Assembly: GCA_014237465.1 (NCBI GenBank)
Contig: JABZFM010000016.1
Coordinates: forward strand, 1-24,000
Source of the DNA: Desulfobacteraceae bacterium
Lineage (GTDB): Bacteria; Desulfobacterota; Desulfobacteria; Desulfobacterales; Desulfosalsimonadaceae
Direction: 5' to 3'
Length of the DNA: 24,000 nt
The notes under the pieces are model-generated. The model made no database searches. It was not told the DNA's origin and saw only the letters and a list, made by a program, of their open reading frames with translations. Shown one piece after another: positions 12,804-19,214 of this stretch. How positions within the stretch are numbered: position 1 is the stretch's first letter; each line of letters starts with the position of its first letter. The translations under genes were made by a program, and so were the position numbers.

Positions 12804-14794
12804 AATATTTTAAACCGATAACCATTATTTTAATAGTTTTCTTACTGACGAACAGTTCGGCTTTTAGCGAAGAACCTTCCAAAACAATAAATTTTTCCGG
12901 ACAATGGCCGTATCATCCGAGTAAGGCGATTGCGATGGATTCAGCAAGACAATTAATATATTTGGGGGATGGAGACACAATTAATATCCTGGATTCGAAC
13001 CTGAATTTCGTTTCTTCTTTTATAGCAACAAAAACCAGTCAAATCGCTGGGCTCTTTTATTCACCAACTGAGAACTTGCTTTATATTGCCTGCCGAACCG
13101 ATGGACTCAAAATATTTGACCTTACCGATGCGGAAAATCCATTGATAGTTAATTCCTACCCCCCTGATTTTCTTGAAACGGTGGGTGTTTTCATCGATGG
13201 TACAAAAGCATACCTTGCAAGCGGTATTGACGGAATGATTATCCTTGATATTACTGATAAAAAAAATCCTTCCATGCTATCTCAATCAAGGCTTCCCGGT
13301 GGTTTTGGTCTCTCATACGCCATAGATATCTATGCATCAGGAAATTATGCATATGCTGCCGACCTTTATAATGGTCTTCATATAGTCGATGTCAGTAATC
13401 CCAAGGATCCTGATTATAAGAAAGGAATTGCCCTTGCGGGGGCAACAGATATTGAGGTATCAGATACTTACCTTTATATAACACTTCAAAGCAGTGGAAT
13501 GGCAATCCTGGATATATCAACACCTGAAGACACATATGTAAGCAGTCTGTTCTCTGCTGAAGGTGTTGCAACGTCAGTCCGGGTGGACGGCGCTTTTGCC
13601 TTTATTTCATATAATTCTATCGGGATTCGGGCTCTTGACATTACAAATAAAACTGAACCTTTTCACGATCCGACATGGATTTATGACGCATCCGGCGGAA
13701 GCAGTTTGGGTTTATTTCATGATGAAAACGTTATATTTTTTGCAAACAATCAGTTTGGATTACAAAAAATTGACATAACTGATAAATCAAATATGCAGCC
13801 AGTGGCATCACATGATACACCTGCTGGTGCTATTGCAATTGATGTTTCAGGCAGCTATATTTATGCGCTTGATAATAATGTCAATGATTCACCGGAAAAA
13901 GAAGGGCTGAGGATTCATCAAATTTCCACCTCCAACCAGGCTGCCGTATTCACTTTTACAGGTTTTTGCACAACCCCAGGGACTGCAAGCGATATTGATG
14001 TCTATGGAGATTTCGCTTATGTGGCTGATGGGCAGCAAGGATTGCAGATATTACGCATTACAGATAAAACCAGTCCTGTAATAACCGGGAATTATGATAC
14101 ATCAGGAGATGCGGGCGGAATTTTTATTGACGGTAATTATGCCTATGTGGCTGACGGGGACCAGGGGATTGTTATTATAAACATTACCGACAAATCCAAT
14201 CCGACGCTTACCGCTAATTTAGAGACTGATGGTTTTTCCCGGAAAATTTTTGGGTCCGAAGATTATGCTTATGTAGCTGCAGATGATCAAGGCCTACATA
14301 TCATAAATATTTTTGACAAAACCAACCCTGAAATTACCGGAAGCTATGATACACCTGGAACTGCAAGAGGCATATATGTCAAAGACAATTATGCCTATGT
14401 GGCTGACGGAGAAAAAGGAATTTTAATAATTGATATTAGCGATAAAACAACCCCGATTCTTACAGGTACTTTAGATACCGATGGTTTTGCCGAAAACATC
14501 TCAGTTTCGGCAAATTATGTTTATGTTGCTGATGGCAAAAATGGCCTTTGCACCATTGATGCGTTTAATCCTTCTCAACCTGTTTCTATAAGTGAGTGGT
14601 CCTATAACTCACCTGGGATTACGACAGATGTTTTTAGTGGATATTTCACTGATGATGAAGAGCTATATACTTTTCTTGCTGGCGGAGCAGGCGGAATTCT
14701 TGCAGTTAATTTGAGTATTGATGATGGAAAAGACAGTGATGGGACATCAGGGGGAAGCACCGGCGGCGGATGTTTTATTCAGGCGATTAGGTAG
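12800..14794 (+). CDS. Secreted LVIVD-repeat beta-propeller protein (664 aa)
   Basis: The TTG start at 12800 overlaps the upstream TGA (cTTGA, 4-nt overlap), consistent with translational coupling. Signal peptide MKYFKPITIILIVFLLTNSSAFS. About 13 repeats of the type NYAYVADGDQGIVIINITDKSNP (LVIVD repeat signature). Gly-rich tail ...SGGSTGGGCFIQAIR. The TAG stop lies inside the first unit of a heptamer array. Confidence 0.85.
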   Translation: MKYFKPITIILIVFLLTNSSAFSEEPSKTINFSGQWPYHPSKAIAMDSARQLIYLGDGDTINILDSNLNFVSSFIATKTSQIAGLFYSPTENLLYIACRTDGLKIFDLTDAENPLIVNSYPPDFLETVGVFIDGTKAYLASGIDGMIILDITDKKNPSMLSQSRLPGGFGLSYAIDIYASGNYAYAADLYNGLHIVDVSNPKDPDYKKGIALAGATDIEVSDTYLYITLQSSGMAILDISTPEDTYVSSLFSAEGVATSVRVDGAFAFISYNSIGIRALDITNKTEPFHDPTWIYDASGGSSLGLFHDENVIFFANNQFGLQKIDITDKSNMQPVASHDTPAGAIAIDVSGSYIYALDNNVNDSPEKEGLRIHQISTSNQAAVFTFTGFCTTPGTASDIDVYGDFAYVADGQQGLQILRITDKTSPVITGNYDTSGDAGGIFIDGNYAYVADGDQGIVIINITDKSNPTLTANLETDGFSRKIFGSEDYAYVAADDQGLHIINIFDKTNPEITGSYDTPGTARGIYVKDNYAYVADGEKGILIIDISDKTTPILTGTLDTDGFAENISVSANYVYVADGKNGLCTIDAFNPSQPVSISEWSYNSPGITTDVFSGYFTDDEELYTFLAGGAGGILAVNLSIDDGKDSDGTSGGSTGGGCFIQAIR

Positions 14795-14829
14795 AAGGCT
14801 GAAGGTAGAAGGTAGAAGGCTGAAGGCTG
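14788..14829 (+). repeat. Heptamer tandem array (TAGGTAG AAGGCTG AAGGTAG AAGGTAG AAGGCTG AAGGCTG) containing the stop codon of the LVIVD gene
   Basis: Six 7-nt units read directly from the sequence. The gene's TAG (14792-14794) is the last three bases of unit 1. Every unit supplies a TAG or a TGA (TGA spans a unit boundary). A 7-nt period puts stops in all three frames. Confidence 0.9.
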
Positions 14830-14917
14830 AATACACCGGATAGTCAAACCTTAAACCTTCTTTCTCGCCAGAATCAACCGGTAACAGTTCAGTATGTTCT
14901 CAATAAATTCGGCAAAA

Positions 14918-15021
14918 CAATGTAACGGAGGTCTTTAGACCTCCATTTATAACTGACTTGTGGAAGGCTAAAGCCTTCCGCTACATGGTGATATTTGAAC
15001 TCATATTTTTAGCCCGGACTT
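14918..15021 (-). repeat. Right arm of the ~105-bp inverted repeat; short-form two-hairpin element at 14918-14986 in opposite orientation to 10926-10994
   Basis: CAATGTAACGGAGGTCTTTAGACCTCCATTTATAACTGACTTGTGGAAGGCTAAAGCCTTCCGCTACAT. See the left arm for the alignment. The flanking similarity extends to ~15021 (TAGCCCGGACTT). Confidence 0.8.
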
Positions 15022-15414
15022 TTTTAGAAGTTACACATTTCATGCTTAACCGATTGAAATATTTTGTGAAGCGATTGCCAGGACATTTTTTTCCAAATAC
15101 TCAGAAAATTTTGTAAAAATCAGGGTCCTGAGTGCCCGGCTTTGAATTATTGCCCCTCGAAGGGGCTATTTCTTCAATAATTGAGGAATATAGAAGTCAG
15201 AACTCAGAAGGAATCGGTTGTCGCTTTGCTCCAACAAATTTATTTTTTTGGCTGAGAGCTGATGGCGAATACCTTATTCTGAATTCTGAATTCCTTTCCT
15301 GACTGATTCCGTCAACGCCTTTGATCTCTGACCTGACCTTGAAGACCGGGTTCTCTATGCTTAAATAAAATTAAGTCAATAATTTAAAATCATTGAAGCA
15401 AATGGATTAAACAA

Positions 15415-17706
15415 ATGATAAAAACCAGCTATACCCGAAGTATTCTTATACTTTTTGTAACAATCATTTTTTTAACAAGTTGTTCCGACAAAGACCAAAA
15501 AATGGCATATTATGACAAAGCTAAAAATTGTTATGATAATAACGACTATTTATGTGCAAAAAACGCTCTTGAAAAAGCCGTTGAAATTGATCCTGATTTT
15601 GCGGGTGCCTATGCCAATCTCGGTGAAGTTTATCTAAAGCTTGGAAAAGTTTCAGAATCATTAAACGCATATGTTAAAGCAACTGAGATAGCGCCTGATC
15701 AACCTGAAGTACAAATGAAACTGGCAACATTATATATGCTGAACAGAGAAACACTCAAAGCAAAAAAAATATTAGAAAAAGTTTTGAATAATAACCCGGA
15801 AAACCTGACCGCGAACTATCTCCTGGCCAAATTTTATGAGATGGAAAAAGACTTTGGCCGTTCAGCGCAATTATACAAAGCAATTATAAATAAAGATCAT
15901 AATCAAATTTGTGCATACCTGAACCTTTCCGCCCTTCTCATTAAAAAAGGAAATTTTAAAGAAGCAGAAGCCTATCTTAAATCCGCTTTAAAATACAATC
16001 TTTCGTCGTTGCATACTATTATCGCACTTTACAATTTGTATACAAATCAACAAAAATTTAATTATGCGGAAAACCTTCTTCAGGATTTGATTTTAGCAAA
16101 CCCGGATAAAAGAGAATTGCATCTTCTGCTGGGAAATTTGTATTTCAACATGACTAAGTGGGAACAATCAGAGGCTGAATACCTGAGAGCCGTCAAATTA
16201 AGTCCCGAAAATCCCGAGTCATATATTATTGCTGCTAATTTCTATAATTCAATAAACCGCCCGGAACAGGCGCTGGCAATGTATCAAAAAGCGCTCACCA
16301 TTCAACCGGATAATCTCGGGATTATGCTTCATATTGCCAGGTTCTATCTTGTTAACCGGAATATAGAAAATTCTGAAAAATATACCGCAAAAATACTCCA
16401 AAAAAACCCGAATTACCTTCCGGCCAGGATCATAAAAGGTGAAACCTTGATCGCAAAAGATGAATGGGATAATGCGATTTTATATTTTTCAGATTTAATC
16501 CAAAAAAACCCTGATATTTCAAAATTATATTATTTAAAAGGGATATCACATCTAAAGAAAAATGAATCCGATCCGGCAAAAATCGAATTCGGGAAGATCC
16601 CGCCTTGCTGTCCGGAATACATTAACGCAAAGCTGATGCTCGCCGGAATATTTATTTCTGAAAACAGCTTTTTACAGGCAAAAGAATCAGCTGAAGCGAT
16701 CCTCAAGTTGGCGCCGGACAATTATCAGGCAATAAAACTTTTGGGCAATATTTACATGCATGAGAACCAGTTTGATAAAGCAAAAAATTATTTTTCATCT
16801 TTAATTGAACTGTCCCCTCAAAATCCTGATGGTTTTTTTCTTCTTGGCTTACTTAATAAACGACAGCAAAATCATGAAGAAGCCGTGGCAAATTTTGAGG
16901 CGGCTCTGGCAAAAGGTCATTCAGATATCAACGTTTTCGTAAATCTTGTTTCTACATTGTTGGAAAACAATATGGTTGATGATGCCATTGCCAGATGTGA
17001 TGATAATCTTCAGAAAATGAAGAACCAACCCCATTCACAGGCGGTCATTTATGATTTAAAAGGAAAATTATATTTAGCACAAAATCGTGTTCCCCTGGCG
17101 GAAAAATCGTTTAAGTCCGCTCTTATATCAAATTCAAATTACTTGCCGCCCTATTATTCGCTGGCAAAAATTTACTTTGCAGAAGGCCGGGAAGACAAAG
17201 CCATAAGGCAATATGAAAATGCCATCGGGAATAATACCGGATCCCTGCAGGAGTTGCCGAATATGATGCTTGGCATAATTTTTTCTATGAAAAAGCAGTT
17301 AAATCTTGCCGAACTCCATTATCGGAAGGTACTTGAAATTAATCCGGATTTTGCGCCGGCAGCCAATAACCTGGCCTATCTTCTGGCAGAACAGGATAAA
17401 AAACTGGATGAAGCACTCAGGCTTGCCCAGGCTGCCAAAAAAGTCTTACCGGATGACCCACGGGTTATGGACACGGTGGGTTGGGTTTACTTAAAACTGG
17501 GCTTTTATGAACAAGCCGTACATGCTTTTTCAGATAGCATCAGACACCTTCCTGACAATGCGACACTGCATTATCACCTGGGGATGGCGTATTACAAAAA
17601 AGGACAAACCCGACAGGCAAAAACGGCTCTTGAACAAGCCTTAAAACTGAACAATGACTTTACCGGAGCTGACCAGGCAAAAAAAATACTGGCTGACATT
17701 TTATAA
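15415..17706 (+). CDS. Large TPR-repeat lipoprotein (763 aa), PrsT-like in overall design
   Basis: Lipobox FLTSC at the end of the signal peptide (MIKTSYTRSILILFVTIIFLTSCSDKD). TPR units run throughout (e.g. AGAYANLGEVYLKLGKVSESLNAYVKATEIAPDQPE; ATLHYHLGMAYYKKGQTRQAKTALEQALKLNNDF). The resemblance to PEP-CTERM-system PrsT lipoproteins is an impression only. Confidence 0.8.
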   Translation: MIKTSYTRSILILFVTIIFLTSCSDKDQKMAYYDKAKNCYDNNDYLCAKNALEKAVEIDPDFAGAYANLGEVYLKLGKVSESLNAYVKATEIAPDQPEVQMKLATLYMLNRETLKAKKILEKVLNNNPENLTANYLLAKFYEMEKDFGRSAQLYKAIINKDHNQICAYLNLSALLIKKGNFKEAEAYLKSALKYNLSSLHTIIALYNLYTNQQKFNYAENLLQDLILANPDKRELHLLLGNLYFNMTKWEQSEAEYLRAVKLSPENPESYIIAANFYNSINRPEQALAMYQKALTIQPDNLGIMLHIARFYLVNRNIENSEKYTAKILQKNPNYLPARIIKGETLIAKDEWDNAILYFSDLIQKNPDISKLYYLKGISHLKKNESDPAKIEFGKIPPCCPEYINAKLMLAGIFISENSFLQAKESAEAILKLAPDNYQAIKLLGNIYMHENQFDKAKNYFSSLIELSPQNPDGFFLLGLLNKRQQNHEEAVANFEAALAKGHSDINVFVNLVSTLLENNMVDDAIARCDDNLQKMKNQPHSQAVIYDLKGKLYLAQNRVPLAEKSFKSALISNSNYLPPYYSLAKIYFAEGREDKAIRQYENAIGNNTGSLQELPNMMLGIIFSMKKQLNLAELHYRKVLEINPDFAPAANNLAYLLAEQDKKLDEALRLAQAAKKVLPDDPRVMDTVGWVYLKLGFYEQAVHAFSDSIRHLPDNATLHYHLGMAYYKKGQTRQAKTALEQALKLNNDFTGADQAKKILADIL

Positions 17707-17741
17707 CCCCATCCTGTCTTCAAAATAATTATTAAGAACCA

Positions 17742-18857
17742 ATGAAAATTATTTCGTTTAAAATATTGATCTTCTGTATACTCTTGCCGCCGATTCTTTA
17801 CCTTTTAACTGTCAGCTCGCTGGAAAACTATTTGCATAAAAAATATAACAGGGAGATCACAAACATTTATCTTTCTGACATGAATAATATCTTAAACGGA
17901 TTAATCAGCATTAAAGATGCCATCGACGCTTCCGTTACAGCCGATCTTCAAAATAATGTTTTTATGAAGATCGGCGGAAAACTGGATATCAATGTTACCA
18001 CAAAACAGGGCAATATTCTATATCCTGCGACCTATCAAAACTCAGCATTTGATAATTTTTCCACAGATCCTGCCAGGTTGGCAGAGAAAAATTTCGATAT
18101 TTTGAATGAGGGTATTGATGTAATTGTAAATGTAAAAATCCTTCATTATTCGTTTCTCGCGATTGCGCTGCTTCTTTTCTATATTCTGATCTTTCTGGGC
18201 GGTCTCTATGGGTATTACCGAAAAATTTCTACAAAAATTCACCTTGACGAACTCCAGAAAAATAAAGAGCTGAACCGGCTGCATGAACTTGAAAACAAAA
18301 GATTACAAGAAATTGACATATTATCTGAAGAAAGAGAATCGTTATTATCTGAATTTGATCAGCTCAAATCGACCTTTAAAAAAGAAAAATCCCAGGCAGA
18401 GATAACAGAAGAAGATCTATTTGAAGAAATTGAATTACTTGAAAATAAACTTAAAGAAATTGACAGGTTAAAGGGAAAAATTCAGGAGCTTGAAAAAAGT
18501 CAGAATCATATCAGCCGGCAAAAAGACAAAACCGTTGAAAAACTTGGGAAACGGTTTAAGGCGCTATACAAAAACATTGAAATCACCAACAGAGCACTTG
18601 CTTCTTTAACTGACATGACCGATGAAATGAGTTTAAAAGCAGAAGAATTGATTCATCAACTTAATAATGATCCATCCCTGGTGCCTGTAAAACGGAAAGT
18701 TTTCAGTAAAAAAGGCAAAACAACTTGTTTTGAAGTTGTTTTTGCATATAACGGAAGACTTTATTTTCGAAAATCCAAAGAAAAGCGCATTGAAATACTT
18801 ACCATCGGATCAAAAAACACCCAGCAAAAGGATATGGCATTTATTGACAGCCTGTAA
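17742..18857 (+). CDS. Membrane-anchored coiled-coil protein (371 aa) of unknown function; C-terminal ~90 aa vaguely RelE/ParE-like
   Basis: Two hydrophobic segments (ILIFCILLPPILYLLTV and FLAIALLLFYILIFLGGLYGYY) bracket a ~100-aa loop. A heptad-rich, K/E-rich region follows (LQKNKELNRLHELENKRLQEIDILSEERESL...KGKIQELEKSQ). C-terminus: ...CFEVVFAYNGRLYFRKSKEKRIEILTIGSKNTQQKD. Confidence 0.7.
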   Translation: MKIISFKILIFCILLPPILYLLTVSSLENYLHKKYNREITNIYLSDMNNILNGLISIKDAIDASVTADLQNNVFMKIGGKLDINVTTKQGNILYPATYQNSAFDNFSTDPARLAEKNFDILNEGIDVIVNVKILHYSFLAIALLLFYILIFLGGLYGYYRKISTKIHLDELQKNKELNRLHELENKRLQEIDILSEERESLLSEFDQLKSTFKKEKSQAEITEEDLFEEIELLENKLKEIDRLKGKIQELEKSQNHISRQKDKTVEKLGKRFKALYKNIEITNRALASLTDMTDEMSLKAEELIHQLNNDPSLVPVKRKVFSKKGKTTCFEVVFAYNGRLYFRKSKEKRIEILTIGSKNTQQKDMAFIDSL

Positions 18858-18931
18858 ACTGCTACATTGCATATTTAATCCGGCAAACTTACCGATTTTT
18901 TAGAACACCTTTATAAATAACCAATTTCTCT

Positions 18932-19139
18932 CGTTCCCAGGCTCCGCCTGGGAACGCATAAGGATCTGCCCTGATACGGCGGCAGCACTTCGGTATAAAA
19001 ATATGGAGGCGGAGCCTCCCGGCAGGCATTCCAAGGCAGAGCCCTGGAACGAAAAAAAATAATGGGTATCGAAACTAAACGATCAGGATGGCACAGATCT
19101 GCCCGACCGTTCTGGATTCCGGCCTTCGCCGGAATGACG
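18932..19139. repeat. Cluster of short palindromic intergenic repeats between convergent genes
   Basis: Hairpins: CGTTCCCAGGC-tccg-CCTGGGAACG (18932-18956), GGAGGC-gga-GCCTCC (19005-19019), TTCCAAGG-cagag-CCCTGGAA (19029-19051) and ATTCCGGC-cttc-GCCGGAAT within CTGGATTCCGGCCTTCGCCGGAATGACG (19112-19139). The last one yields the familiar pseudo-peptides IPAFAGMT and VIPAKAGIQ in the two overlapping track ORFs. Confidence 0.8.
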
Positions 19140-19214
19140 AAAAAAACCGAAATGACGGGAACAGGCCGGAATGGCAGTGAGCGAATCGCCGCTTGCCCCC
19201 CCCCTTTTTTTTCT

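Noticed and set aside
15120-15300. Possible structured RNA or invertible promoter in the 620-bp spacer before the TPR lipoprotein gene (hairpin AATTATTG-CCCCTCGAAGGGG-...-CAATAATT; heptamer-like AGAAGTC AGAACTC AGAAGGA facing TCTGAAT TCTGAAT)
   Set aside because: The pairings are short and imperfect, and I could not define a convincing inverted-repeat pair or a known riboswitch motif by eye. It is noted only as repeat-rich spacer.
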